From a virus (taxonomy: Duplodnaviria > Heunggongvirae > Uroviricota > Caudoviricetes), in the IMG/VR virus record IMGVR_UViG_3300035501_000580: 64,000 nt of DNA; one strand, written 5' to 3'. The position numbers were made by a program, and so were the translations under genes. Numbering within the stretch: the first letter of the stretch is position 1; every line of letters begins with the position of its first letter. Shown here in pieces: positions 1-10,336 of this stretch. Below the pieces are notes generated by a model, which searched no databases, was not told the origin of the DNA, and was given only the letters and a program-made list of their open reading frames with translations.

Positions 1-258
1 ATCTGGAATTACACCTCCATTACAAACAGCATCATATTTGAATATACTCTCTACGATGTCATTCTCATAAATCGGCTCACCATTGATGTCATTCAAACCA
101 GTCCATTGGTCAACTGTTTTCTCATCAACAAGGTGATTCTGGTTTCCTACAATAATCTGTGTCTTGTCTTGATACACATTTTTACTGGGATAACCATGAA
201 CCCACTGCTTGTCCATTGTCTTACCACGAAAACGTATATTTCTCATAACTTGTATTTT

Positions 259-909
259 TTATAATGTTCCTTCTATTAATTCACGTGGGATTGTTGCATA
301 GTCCCTGTCGGTTTTTATTCTCAGGATGTTGAATTTGTTGGCCAAGTGTTTCATCTTAGCATTCACACCCTCATCATGGAATTTCAACTTAGTCAAACCA
401 AATTGAACCTCTGTCAATAAATCCATCAATCGTGCGAAATTTATCACTGAACAACCAGATACTAATTCGGTTTCCTTGCCTTGATGCTTCTCGAGCAACT
501 CAGGTAACTCATCTTCAAAAGTTCGCCATTCCGACCTCAACGGATCATTCTCGCTCACTTCACCTCGGACACCATTTTCAGTAGAATGAAGTTCCATAAG
601 ATAACTAAATACTTCCACCGCCTTGGGTAAACCATTCTTGTGGGTAATGTCATCTATACTCAATGTCTCATCAAAACTGTCAATGAAATCAATCACAACC
701 ATTAAGTCATGTATCGGTCTCCGGAAGTCATATGTCAGACCATATTCTTCAAATGTCATGGTCTGTTCTTCATATTCCTTTTGTTTGATTGTGTTGGCGA
801 TAAAGCAAGCGATTCCCTCTTTGTCTACTCGATATAGATTAACCTGACTGCCAAAGAAAGAATTATTCAGTATCCTTATGGCCAACTTTTTCATTACTTG
901 ATTGCTCAT
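259..909 (-). CDS. hypothetical protein (216 aa)
   Basis: long ORF on the uniformly used minus strand; no recognisable motif. Confidence 0.5.
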   Translation of the reverse strand: MSNQVMKKLAIRILNNSFFGSQVNLYRVDKEGIACFIANTIKQKEYEEQTMTFEEYGLTYDFRRPIHDLMVVIDFIDSFDETLSIDDITHKNGLPKAVEVFSYLMELHSTENGVRGEVSENDPLRSEWRTFEDELPELLEKHQGKETELVSGCSVINFARLMDLLTEVQFGLTKLKFHDEGVNAKMKHLANKFNILRIKTDRDYATIPRELIEGTL

Positions 910-931
910 TTGATTGTTTATTTTAGTTGTG

Positions 932-1144
932 TCACTCAGCTTTCTTTATTTCTTCCAACAACTCAACCATTCTATTGTTGTCCTCCATCTCATTAAGGAA
1001 ATCGAGACAATTCCTACTGTGACTTTTCTCTTTGTCATAATGTCCCAGACGGTCAATAATGGATTTTGGGTTTTTTAGTTGCAGGAATTTAATTTTGATA
1101 CTGTCCATTGTCACATCACCAGACAATGTTTTATCATTTTTCAT
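932..1144 (-). CDS. hypothetical protein (70 aa)
   Basis: ORF in minus-strand gene train. Confidence 0.4.
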   Translation of the reverse strand: MKNDKTLSGDVTMDSIKIKFLQLKNPKSIIDRLGHYDKEKSHSRNCLDFLNEMEDNNRMVELLEEIKKAE

Positions 1145-1162
1145 AACAGAACTGACCTTTAA

Positions 1163-1687
1163 TTAGTTTGCACGAGCTCCTTCGACTTCCCAAAATCTTT
1201 TCTTCTCTTTAAAATTAGTAACCAGTTTGTTAGTCATCCATTTTTTAATGTTGGATGAACCACAAAACATTGGTTGGGTAATAGGATCTTCGGAAAGTAC
1301 ATCAATCAATGTAGCGATATTTTTCGTATCATCTAAACGTGTCTGGTAGGGGAATATGTCAAATGGAACAAAAAAGTTGTCATTTATGTATGTATATGTA
1401 AAATTATCATGCCACCAACATTTATGTGCCTTAATAAAATTTCCATATTCAGCAGACACAGCCTGAAACCTTTCAACCATCCATTTGTGTTTATTATTTT
1501 CGGTAAGTCTTTTGTCCTCATCCATATCAACACTCCAGAAATAGTCCAGAAGTTCACATAGTTTTAAGACCGCATTACTTCGACCATTTTTTTTGGATAA
1601 TGATTTGAATGATTCACCGGGGTATATGACCTTTTCATCAATCATACAACTTAATAATCCTTCGATTTGAGAATGTGAAAGTACCAT
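1163..1687 (-). CDS. hypothetical protein (174 aa)
   Basis: ORF preceded (minus sense) by conserved promoter unit at 1715-1815. Confidence 0.55.
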   Translation of the reverse strand: MVLSHSQIEGLLSCMIDEKVIYPGESFKSLSKKNGRSNAVLKLCELLDYFWSVDMDEDKRLTENNKHKWMVERFQAVSAEYGNFIKAHKCWWHDNFTYTYINDNFFVPFDIFPYQTRLDDTKNIATLIDVLSEDPITQPMFCGSSNIKKWMTNKLVTNFKEKKRFWEVEGARAN

Positions 1688-1714
1688 AATTTTTTTTTGT
1701 TTTATTGGGGTTTA

Positions 1715-1815
1715 ACTTTGTTTTTTATTTACACTACAAAGTTACTGGTTTTTTTCAACATATCCAAATAAACTGTGCTAAAAAAAATGTTAAAAATTTC
1801 ATTAGCACAGTCTAC
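1715..1815 (-). promoter_or_regulatory. conserved promoter unit (Bacteroidetes -33/-7 type)
   Basis: tacactacaaagttactgg ... shared with >=11 other copies. Confidence 0.6.
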
Positions 1816-1827
1816 GATTTATTTTCG

Positions 1828-2319
1828 TCATTCAAAGAACTGGATGTTTTTGTCGTTGGGGTTTTCTGATGACCTCGCTTTTTCAGTGGCCTCCTTTACA
1901 ACACCATCTACGGCCTTTCTAACCTGTCGTGAAAATTCCTGAGCCATCACTATCGGGAAAATTTGGTCAACATATCTCTTACATTCTTTCTTAATGACAG
2001 ACAGTAGATTGTTTTGCATCTGATATATCTCATTCCCAATCAAACGGTCAACCTCATCTTTTGTCTGTTGTCTAATCTTCTCGACCACTTCCTTTCCCAG
2101 ATGGTCTTTCACATATCCATTCCATCGTTTCTCATCATATACAGAACCTTCAATGATGTCTTTCACTTTATTGACAACTTCCTCATTTTCGATTTTCTTG
2201 ATGTAGGAGTTCGCCAATTTGTTGAGGACTGTTTCCTTTATCTGGACTTCCAATTCCCCATCACCTTCAATTAACTTTTCGAGGGCTTCCAAACTATTCA
2301 CTTGTAATTTCAAACTCAT
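1828..2319 (-). CDS. hypothetical acidic coiled-coil protein (163 aa)
   Basis: ORF; K/E-rich, no motif. Confidence 0.5.
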   Translation of the reverse strand: MSLKLQVNSLEALEKLIEGDGELEVQIKETVLNKLANSYIKKIENEEVVNKVKDIIEGSVYDEKRWNGYVKDHLGKEVVEKIRQQTKDEVDRLIGNEIYQMQNNLLSVIKKECKRYVDQIFPIVMAQEFSRQVRKAVDGVVKEATEKARSSENPNDKNIQFFE

Positions 2320-2326
2320 CGTACGA

Positions 2327-4471
2327 TTAATTTTCGTTGTTAAACATTCTATAAAATTTACTTGACTTGGCTTCCTCTTCGGTCTTGAAATAATTACCAG
2401 AGTTATATAGTCTTTCTACTCTTGGTTTGACATCATATTCCTCATCACCATAGTCTTGTTCACTTCTGACTATTCCATCAGCATCTACATAATAAAATTC
2501 TCCATCATAAGCTCGCCACTTTGGACAAACATATTTAGACCAATCTCGTTCTGTGTGACTTGGGAAAAGGATACACTCATTATCTTCATATCCTTGGAGT
2601 GTACCATCTTCATTTAACAACAATCTGGATGACAGTTCCATGTTCGGATTAGTGAAGATTGATATGGTTGTTTCATTAGTTACTTTTCTGATACTTCCAA
2701 ATCTTACATATCCAAAACAGGGCGAATATAACTTGGTTCCCTTGGGTGTTCCATTCAATATCTTGGCAATGTTGATGCCTGTTGTTTTCCAGAATAATGG
2801 ATTTTCATCATCTTCAAAGAACTCATCACACCACAAATAATCATTGGCTTCCTTTGTGAAATAATTACCTTGTTCTGTGACCGACGTAATTGTTAACTCT
2901 TGTCCACAATACTGAGTCATTTTTTTACAGAACCAAATATGTCCGGAGGGTTGATCGATGGCGATATCTCCTATTTCTGTCTTAGCGGATTTATCATACC
3001 ATTCCTTGGATTTTACTCGAACAACATCACCAATTTTATGTTTCGGTTTGACTTCTTCCTTGACCTCAAATTCCGGTTTATCTACGGCTGAGTTAGTATC
3101 ACAGTCAACTTCAATGTCATCAACATCATCAAATATTTCCTCATCCTCATCAACTAAGTCAAAGAACTCATCAGACCAAATGAAATACTGACTATCTTCC
3201 TCCATGAAATAATCACCATTACAGTCGATTGCTTTGATGGTCATTACTTGGTCACAATACTCCTTCATCTCTTGGGTAAAACAAGCATATCCAATTCTAG
3301 TAGGAACAACAACATCACCTAAACCTGACAATTTTCCCTTGGACATTTCATTGAACCATTCCTTGTCATGTATCTTTACCTTGTCACCGATTTTGAACTG
3401 AGGGTAAACGATAATGTCTTCAACACCCCCTTCAAAGAAATCAGGTGCCCAGTCATAATTAAGATCATCTTCCTTCAGTCGGTAGTTTCCATCAGTGTAG
3501 TATGTTTCTTCTTGGATGGTCATTTCCCTTCCACAATACTGAGCCATGTCCTTGGTGAAGTAAAATTTTAGTCCACCTCGTTCCTTGATAAATCCACCAC
3601 ACTCATCTTTCGTCTGTCGTGAAAACCAATCCCAATCTTTAATAGTTACTTTATCACCGGGTGAGTATTTCTTGGCTACCTTTACACACACTTTAATCTT
3701 ATCACCAACGGAATCAAAAAACTTGTCTGACCAAAGGTAATCCTCATCAACACCATCAAGAGTATAAACACCAGACTTAACTCCATTGATTTTCATTATT
3801 TGTCCACAGTAATCATACATCTTCTCCGGAAATTTATATTGAATTCCATCATCCTCGAACTCAACATCACCTTCATTATTGTGGGGCAACAAGTCAAACC
3901 ATTCCTCGGACTTTACCTTGACAACATCTCCTACTTTATATCTTTCGTAATTCGTGTCGTCAGCTAAGTCAAAGAAAGCGGGAGACCAAATGAAATCCAA
4001 CATATCCTCCTTAAGATAATAACCTCCATCTTCAGCTTCCTGTTGAATTGTCATTACTTGTCCACAATACACACTCATCTTCTTGGTGAAATAAACCTCA
4101 TGGTCATCTTCTTCACCAACATAAGCTACTACATCCCCATCAATATCCTTGGGTTGATTAGCGAACCATTCAATAGATTTGATTCGCACCTTTTGACCTT
4201 TTTTATATTCCATCTCTTTTACGTATTCATCAAAAAATCGGTCTATCCAACAAAAATATCCATTATCCTCAGCTAAGTGATATAGACCATTATTTAGCAC
4301 TTCACTGATTGTCATTTTCTTCCCACAATATTCACTCATGGGTCGAAGAAAATAAAGGTTGTTGTTTTGTGAATTAAACTTAAACGGTATGTCACCACTA
4401 TTATCTTTTTGTTGTTCATACCATTCCTTGGACTTAATTCTTACTACATCTCCTACTTTATACTCAGCCAT
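2327..4471 (-). CDS. tandem-repeat protein (714 aa) with six ~95-aa repeats (K.GD.V.IKS.EWF ... YCGQ.MTI ... W.D.FF) plus a distinct C-terminal domain
   Basis: repeats visible directly in the translation; C-terminal ~120 aa paralogous to C-terminus of ORF 4474..4986. Confidence 0.7.
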   Translation of the reverse strand: MAEYKVGDVVRIKSKEWYEQQKDNSGDIPFKFNSQNNNLYFLRPMSEYCGKKMTISEVLNNGLYHLAEDNGYFCWIDRFFDEYVKEMEYKKGQKVRIKSIEWFANQPKDIDGDVVAYVGEEDDHEVYFTKKMSVYCGQVMTIQQEAEDGGYYLKEDMLDFIWSPAFFDLADDTNYERYKVGDVVKVKSEEWFDLLPHNNEGDVEFEDDGIQYKFPEKMYDYCGQIMKINGVKSGVYTLDGVDEDYLWSDKFFDSVGDKIKVCVKVAKKYSPGDKVTIKDWDWFSRQTKDECGGFIKERGGLKFYFTKDMAQYCGREMTIQEETYYTDGNYRLKEDDLNYDWAPDFFEGGVEDIIVYPQFKIGDKVKIHDKEWFNEMSKGKLSGLGDVVVPTRIGYACFTQEMKEYCDQVMTIKAIDCNGDYFMEEDSQYFIWSDEFFDLVDEDEEIFDDVDDIEVDCDTNSAVDKPEFEVKEEVKPKHKIGDVVRVKSKEWYDKSAKTEIGDIAIDQPSGHIWFCKKMTQYCGQELTITSVTEQGNYFTKEANDYLWCDEFFEDDENPLFWKTTGINIAKILNGTPKGTKLYSPCFGYVRFGSIRKVTNETTISIFTNPNMELSSRLLLNEDGTLQGYEDNECILFPSHTERDWSKYVCPKWRAYDGEFYYVDADGIVRSEQDYGDEEYDVKPRVERLYNSGNYFKTEEEAKSSKFYRMFNNEN

Positions 4472-4473
4472 TT

Positions 4474-4986
4474 TTATTTTTGTTTAGGATGGTATGCAAA
4501 ATAAATGTTTGATTTCTCGGCTTCCCCTTCTGTCATAAAGTAATTTCCAAAAAGCCAACGACAGGAATCAGTGGGGGTGAGTTGTTCTTCTTCTTGACGG
4601 ACTAACCCACAATCATTAATATAGAAATACCTGTTTCCTTTCTTAGCTCGGTCTTGTGGTTTATATACTTCCGACCATGATAGTTTCTCTTTACTTGGAT
4701 AGAGGGACACATCTCCACACACATCTTCACTCAGTTCATAATTCTTGCCTCTTATCTCAACCATGGCAATTCCTCGATAATTGAACTTCACGATTCTGTC
4801 ATCATCGGTTTTACATTTTATAATTTTAACAGTTGTCCGGAGACTATCTTCACATTCGATACTATAAAATCTCAGGGCACCATACACATCACACCACAAA
4901 GGTATCATATGTCTAACACTAACGGGGAACTCATTAAGATAGTCAACCACGTATTTATCTCCAAAGTGATAATCATTTTCCATCAT
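4474..4986 (-). CDS. hypothetical protein (170 aa), C-terminal domain paralogous to that of the repeat protein
   Basis: shared YF.I.D.G.VR.EEE ... GNYF.TE.EAEK segment. Confidence 0.55.
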   Translation of the reverse strand: MMENDYHFGDKYVVDYLNEFPVSVRHMIPLWCDVYGALRFYSIECEDSLRTTVKIIKCKTDDDRIVKFNYRGIAMVEIRGKNYELSEDVCGDVSLYPSKEKLSWSEVYKPQDRAKKGNRYFYINDCGLVRQEEEQLTPTDSCRWLFGNYFMTEGEAEKSNIYFAYHPKQK

Positions 4987-5390
4987 CGTACGAAATTATA
5001 ATGAATAGCTAAGTAATGTAAACAATCTACCAAACCAGTTACCAGACCTTTTGTGCAATGAAATCTGATGAACTCTTTTCCGTTTAGGTAATAGATAACG
5101 ACATCTGGTACTCCTTTTCCGACCTCGACACTCATGTAAATGTCGGCACTGTCCTCATCATATTTGTCAGTGATTGTTTTAGGGTAGAGGTTCATCAAGG
5201 CACCAACTGACCAAGCAGGCTGATCTCCATCTTTCGACTCATCATAAATCGGCAAACCTTCCTCATCTGTTGTGAAAATATTACCGATGTTTAATACATT
5301 TCCATCATAGTAGAAGTCTGATGTTCGGGGATCAAAACCTAAGACCATCAACATCGAAGATTGGTCAGGCGTGGTTACTTGTATTTCCAT
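4983..5390 (-). CDS. hypothetical protein (135 aa)
   Basis: ORF, 4-bp start/stop overlap with neighbours. Confidence 0.5.
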   Translation of the reverse strand: MEIQVTTPDQSSMLMVLGFDPRTSDFYYDGNVLNIGNIFTTDEEGLPIYDESKDGDQPAWSVGALMNLYPKTITDKYDEDSADIYMSVEVGKGVPDVVIYYLNGKEFIRFHCTKGLVTGLVDCLHYLAIHYNFVR

Positions 5391-5892
5391 TTTTCAGAAA
5401 GTTATAAAATTCAACATTAAATCCTATCACTCTCGCATGTGCTAAGTCACGATAATAAGTGTAATTTTTAATAGCACTCACGAGGTTTTCATTCATCCCT
5501 TCAAAATCATGCTGGAGTCCAAGAACACGTAGAACTTCCAATGACTGATAAATTTCTTCAAACTCATCAAGAACCTCACAAACACATTCGAGGTTGAGGT
5601 CTTGATACATTCCTTCCTTAACAGAACCGAACACATCTTTATATACATTTTTATATGTAGTGTCTAACTCTGCTTTTCTTTTCATAAGGGTGGTGATAAT
5701 CTGTGTGAACCGGGTGACAAAATTACCCCATTCAAATGTCAACAACACACCACTGATGATTGACACATCCTGAGCTTGACGTTTCCTACCATATAAACAA
5801 CTATTAACACAGGTAGCGAATGTCATGTCAGTTTTAGAAGCCAACTCAAAGATAGAGTCAATTAATTTTTTATTTACAGTATTCATATCCAA
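5365..5892 (-). CDS. hypothetical protein (175 aa)
   Basis: ORF in overlapping operon. Confidence 0.5.
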   Translation of the reverse strand: MDMNTVNKKLIDSIFELASKTDMTFATCVNSCLYGRKRQAQDVSIISGVLLTFEWGNFVTRFTQIITTLMKRKAELDTTYKNVYKDVFGSVKEGMYQDLNLECVCEVLDEFEEIYQSLEVLRVLGLQHDFEGMNENLVSAIKNYTYYRDLAHARVIGFNVEFYNFLKNGNTSNHA

Positions 5893-6404
5893 AATCCTTT
5901 TAATACGTCGTTAACTAAATAATCTCGGTCATCTATTTTGTTGAGGTCACGTTTCATATCTTTAATAACCCATGACCAACTTTCCCTAAACGATACGAAA
6001 TTGTTCGCTGTCATTAGGTCAAGTAACTTAGCGATGTCCATTACATTCACATCTTTGAAGTTATAATCATTGTCCATTGGGATTAATTTACCAACTTCAT
6101 GTTCTACCAATGATGTGTAGGTTTTATCCTCATCACAACAGAGTTTATAGATTAACTTTTGTGTGATTAAGGAAGCCGCGATATGTTCAGAAAGAGTGAA
6201 ATAATCGGGGTCATACTCAAGGATATGTTGTTTCTCCTTGTGAGTATTGTAAATCATATCCAAAATCTGAGCTAAGTCTAAGATATGTTTTGGATAGAAT
6301 TCCTCCGTACATACTCTCGAAAAGGAATAACCCTGATAGACGACGAGTTTCTTAGTGATTAACTCATCCAAGGTGTTTGATATTTGTGACTTGTTCATTG
6401 TCAT
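5883..6404 (-). CDS. hypothetical protein (173 aa)
   Basis: ORF; conserved promoter unit at 6417-6470 just upstream in minus sense. Confidence 0.55.
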   Translation of the reverse strand: MTMNKSQISNTLDELITKKLVVYQGYSFSRVCTEEFYPKHILDLAQILDMIYNTHKEKQHILEYDPDYFTLSEHIAASLITQKLIYKLCCDEDKTYTSLVEHEVGKLIPMDNDYNFKDVNVMDIAKLLDLMTANNFVSFRESWSWVIKDMKRDLNKIDDRDYLVNDVLKGFWI

Positions 6405-6416
6405 TTGTTTTTTGAT

Positions 6417-6470
6417 TACACTACAAAGTTACAGGTTTTTCTCGACCTCTCCAAATAAAAACAGCTAATT
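6417..6470 (-). promoter_or_regulatory. conserved promoter unit
   Basis: gattacactacaaagttacaggttttt ... ctccaaataaa. Confidence 0.6.
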
Positions 6471-6474
6471 ATTG

Positions 6475-7023
6475 TTAACCTTCTCGATTTTTTATGATAC
6501 GATTTTTTTCGTCAGTCGTAATAGTAAAATGTCTTTGAAATTGTACAAGCCCATGTTCAATATATGTCATCCTCATCTGGTAACTGTCTAAAAGTCGAAG
6601 ATAAAATGGTGTTCTGTGCCAACTTCCCTTCAATATGTCAATCACTATATCATTTACCACATTAAGAAGTCTGACCAAATTCTCATAATAAAAGTTACGG
6701 TATATTGAGTTCGTGTACATCTGTGGTTCGATTGTTCTAAATGACAATTCCCTTTTGTCTGAATTGTTTATCATCAGATTATATATGTTGTCATTTAAGT
6801 CGGCTTCTACATCTGGATTAATAAAGACACGAATAAGTTCAATGACATAATTAACCATCCCTTTAAATTCTGCATCTCCAACCCCGACATATTTTTGTTT
6901 GAGTCTTTCTATAACCTTTTCTGTCAAACCCAGTACAGTTCCACTCGGTTGATAAAGACTGTCGATTTCATTTACCACATCTCGTATTTCAGTCTGTGTG
7001 ATATATCTTTTGTCTAATTCCAT
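6475..7023 (-). CDS. hypothetical protein (182 aa)
   Basis: ORF. Confidence 0.5.
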   Translation of the reverse strand: MELDKRYITQTEIRDVVNEIDSLYQPSGTVLGLTEKVIERLKQKYVGVGDAEFKGMVNYVIELIRVFINPDVEADLNDNIYNLMINNSDKRELSFRTIEPQMYTNSIYRNFYYENLVRLLNVVNDIVIDILKGSWHRTPFYLRLLDSYQMRMTYIEHGLVQFQRHFTITTDEKNRIIKNREG

Positions 7024-7029
7024 GACGAT

Positions 7030-7449
7030 TTATTTTCGTTTACTTAACCAACAATTAACCCATTTATCACACAATATCAATGAAAAGATAGAGGGACAAA
7101 AACCACCACCACTAATAAACTCATGGTATAGTTCAATCGTGTCCATCATATTAGCCACTACATATATTGGATTGTTAAATGACTTTCTGGATACATTTGA
7201 AGTGAATTTCTTTCCGGAAGGTGTCTCTTGAAGTAGTCGGTCAATATGTTTCTTTATCAACGGCACAGTATTAATCTCCAAAATAGTGTCCAATACATCA
7301 GCTGCGATTGTCCACTGTTGTCCTATTACTGAGGGATAAAGTGGATCATCATTCTTCTCCAACACAACACCTCGACAAGTATTATTATCATCTAAATTAT
7401 AAGTCACCAAGTCAATCACATACTTAGCGGAACATTCATCAAAAGTCAT
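7030..7449 (-). CDS. hypothetical protein (139 aa)
   Basis: ORF. Confidence 0.5.
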   Translation of the reverse strand: MTFDECSAKYVIDLVTYNLDDNNTCRGVVLEKNDDPLYPSVIGQQWTIAADVLDTILEINTVPLIKKHIDRLLQETPSGKKFTSNVSRKSFNNPIYVVANMMDTIELYHEFISGGGFCPSIFSLILCDKWVNCWLSKRK

Positions 7450-7874
7450 ATCACAATATTTTTTAACATCGTATAAAATTTACTGGTCAAAATAAACGGC
7501 ATGTCATTTCTATCTGTTTTCTCCCAGATTGTTTTGATTTCCCTAATGTCATCAATTACATTAGCTACCATTACTGAAACCATCTTATCTTTCTTGATTA
7601 TTTTTGAACTGTCTATAATTCTGTAATGGTTAACCGGACAATATTTAATTCTACAAAATCCAATACGTTCATCCTCATACTCATCAATGGTCTTTCTAAT
7701 TTCCTCATTATGTCCTTTACCAGTTAACTCATCAATAATGTCAGCTACCATAAAGATAGTTTGATTGTTCTCAGGTTCTAATGTGGAGTATTTCAAAAGG
7801 TCATCTCGGAGTGAACCTTTACATGAATATTTGTTATTGAGTAATTTGAAGATTGTATCGTTTCGTGAAGTCAT
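7446..7874 (-). CDS. hypothetical protein (142 aa)
   Basis: ORF, overlapping stop/start. Confidence 0.5.
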   Translation of the reverse strand: MTSRNDTIFKLLNNKYSCKGSLRDDLLKYSTLEPENNQTIFMVADIIDELTGKGHNEEIRKTIDEYEDERIGFCRIKYCPVNHYRIIDSSKIIKKDKMVSVMVANVIDDIREIKTIWEKTDRNDMPFILTSKFYTMLKNIVI

Positions 7875-8394
7875 TTTGTATTTCTTCTATTTGTTTTACT
7901 CTATGGTCATAATCTATAATCAAATATTTCTCCAATTTAGTGTGAGGTTTAGCCCACTTTATGTCGAGGTCATTAGCCTGTTCAAAACTTAACTTTCGTA
8001 TTTCGTCTAACACAACACTAAGTAACCAAAGATAATATTCATAAGCATTGGTCACATCAGGTATCCTTTCTCTGACGAACTCATATGTTTCACTGTCTCT
8101 GAATAATCTCTCTCGTATAAAATCATCAGCCCAGTCACTCATTGTATTTGGGTAAGTTGTCAAGAGTTGGTCAATTATCCATCCAGTGTTTATTCCTGTT
8201 CGACCATCTTCAACATTAGGTAAACCATAACTTTGCACCCAGAAGTAATATGTACAATTAGTGGGGAGTTCATATCTATCATCAGCGGACAAATTTACAC
8301 CTACGAGTTCATCAGGCATCCTATTAATTATATCCCTGACTTCTTTACTGAATTTATCGTACGACAGTTTCATATATTTCTCGATATTTGACAA
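7834..8394 (-). CDS. hypothetical protein (186 aa)
   Basis: ORF. Confidence 0.5.
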   Translation of the reverse strand: MSNIEKYMKLSYDKFSKEVRDIINRMPDELVGVNLSADDRYELPTNCTYYFWVQSYGLPNVEDGRTGINTGWIIDQLLTTYPNTMSDWADDFIRERLFRDSETYEFVRERIPDVTNAYEYYLWLLSVVLDEIRKLSFEQANDLDIKWAKPHTKLEKYLIIDYDHRVKQIEEIQNDFTKRYNLQITQ

Positions 8395-8851
8395 CTAATT
8401 CCACTCTAAATTTCTCCACCATTGTCTCCGGATGTTGGAAATTATATTCAAGTATGTCAAGTAAGGAAGCTATCTTTAAGTAGTTATCACCTCCATCAGT
8501 TTTGACAAGTGTAGAATCAACATAATCTACATCTGGGTGGAGTTTATGTTCATCAATTAGTTTCTGGATATAGTTCTTGTATTTTCTCACATAAGGTTTT
8601 TCCTCATCAAAATCAAGAACAGCATCACAAATGTCACACCATGTTTGGACTGAAGTGTCGGTTTTCTTGTAACAGTTGGTCTGAATTTTAATAGACACCC
8701 AACAATTCAGTATAGTATTTGAACATCTACCTATGTCGAAAAAACCTTGGTCATCATCTCTATCAATGTAGTAGATACTGAGCCAATCAATAAACTCATT
8801 AATATATTCCTTCATGTTCATTCCATTATTTCTCCACCACCAAATTTCCAA
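8354..8851 (-). CDS. hypothetical protein (165 aa)
   Basis: ORF. Confidence 0.5.
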   Translation of the reverse strand: MEIWWWRNNGMNMKEYINEFIDWLSIYYIDRDDDQGFFDIGRCSNTILNCWVSIKIQTNCYKKTDTSVQTWCDICDAVLDFDEEKPYVRKYKNYIQKLIDEHKLHPDVDYVDSTLVKTDGGDNYLKIASLLDILEYNFQHPETMVEKFRVELVVKYREIYETVVR

Positions 8852-9429
8852 ATACCTAAATCTTGTACCTTCACATTTTTACAATTTTTTACAGTCCAAG
8901 TTGAGGGGTTCATGAAAAAATTAATGATGTGTGTCTTGTTACATCTTTGACATTTATATATTAGACAACCATTGTACTCTTGTATTGGAGGATTAACCCA
9001 AATGTTAGCTGAGTATTTGTGAATATTTTCCCAGTTAATATCAACCAAGTCATACCGACGATTTTTTTCGTACCCACAATATTCACACACACATTTGATT
9101 TCTTTATTAGATATCCAAGATTTACCAATACAACATCTATATTCAACTAATGCATCCTTACTTGACACTGTGGGATAATAGTAATTTTCATTTTTACCAC
9201 CAATCCATTTAGAAACTTTGATAGTGATGTCTTGATCCCATAGTCGTTTCAGTTCAATCTTAGCGGTATATTCTTCACTACCATCTTTGAAATCCACACG
9301 TGTCTTTTCAAATGTGAGGTCATCATCATTTATATAGAATACGTATGGTTGGGGTTCACCTTTATATTTCCATTTCTCAGGATAACAGGTAACTTTGATT
9401 CGATAAGTATAAGTCTTTTTAGTTTTCAT
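8818..9429 (-). CDS. hypothetical Cys-rich protein (203 aa), possible zinc-binding (C.C..C ... C..C)
   Basis: paired cysteines CVCEYCG and CQRCNKTH in translation. Confidence 0.5.
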   Translation of the reverse strand: MKTKKTYTYRIKVTCYPEKWKYKGEPQPYVFYINDDDLTFEKTRVDFKDGSEEYTAKIELKRLWDQDITIKVSKWIGGKNENYYYPTVSSKDALVEYRCCIGKSWISNKEIKCVCEYCGYEKNRRYDLVDINWENIHKYSANIWVNPPIQEYNGCLIYKCQRCNKTHIINFFMNPSTWTVKNCKNVKVQDLGIWKFGGGEIME

Positions 9430-9676
9430 ATTCTTCTACATTAAAATTAACAGGTTCATCACAATCAATCTCCGGATATGACTCAACGAAATCAAATTCA
9501 TTAGTCCATTGGTGGAAGGTCAACTCAATATCTTTGTATGTAAAGTGAGCTGAGTATTGTCTATTCCATCCATATTGTGTTTCGTTACTATCCGTCACTT
9601 CCCAATTCAACTCATCATCAAGAATAGTGAGAGGTTCATTGGGATACTTTTCAAATGTCAATATATATTTTCTCAT
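9419..9676 (-). CDS. hypothetical protein (85 aa)
   Basis: ORF. Confidence 0.4.
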   Translation of the reverse strand: MRKYILTFEKYPNEPLTILDDELNWEVTDSNETQYGWNRQYSAHFTYKDIELTFHQWTNEFDFVESYPEIDCDEPVNFNVEEYEN

Positions 9677-10002
9677 TCCAATACTATTACATCTATTGAG
9701 TCGTTAACATAGAAATATTTGTATGTTCCATCTCGACGTTTCATACAATATAGTTTCTTGTTGTCATCGAATTGAAAATTTGTTCCTATTTCATATTCAC
9801 CCATCCTATCTCTAACCAATATAGTCTGGTTCTGGAAAAGGAAACGTTGGATATCACCATCAAAGTTAATATGTATCCAAGCTTTCGTTGGGTTGAATTT
9901 TTGGTCATAGTCCCACCACTCAGCTACTATAAGACAAATAAAATATAGTAGTAAGGGGGCTACAAACATACATAAGAACGGGAGCATATCATCGAGTGTC
10001 AT
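9673..10002 (-). CDS. hypothetical small membrane protein (109 aa)
   Basis: N-terminal hydrophobic helix. Confidence 0.45.
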   Translation of the reverse strand: MTLDDMLPFLCMFVAPLLLYFICLIVAEWWDYDQKFNPTKAWIHINFDGDIQRFLFQNQTILVRDRMGEYEIGTNFQFDDNKKLYCMKRRDGTYKYFYVNDSIDVIVLE

Positions 10003-10336
10003 AATTTATCAACGGTTTTAGGGATAATATTTTTTTCAATTAATCTGTCATATAGTTTATCAGCGAAATCTGTGTTAGCCAAGTTTTCAAGAGAATGAAT
10101 ACCCATCTCTTTCATTAGTTGGTCTATGATGTCGCTAATTTTTTCTTGAGTATTGTCCATGTGATGATGATTTTTAAGGAGTTTACTATAAACATAACAA
10201 AGATAATTTCGTATTACTGTTAAAAGATATTAAGGATGGTCGTAGGAGTTAATTAGAGGACTTCTGACGGACTTTGAGGTGTCAGGATAGAGAAGTTATC
10301 ATCTGTCACCTCAAAGTGTCTTAAATCGCAAATAAA

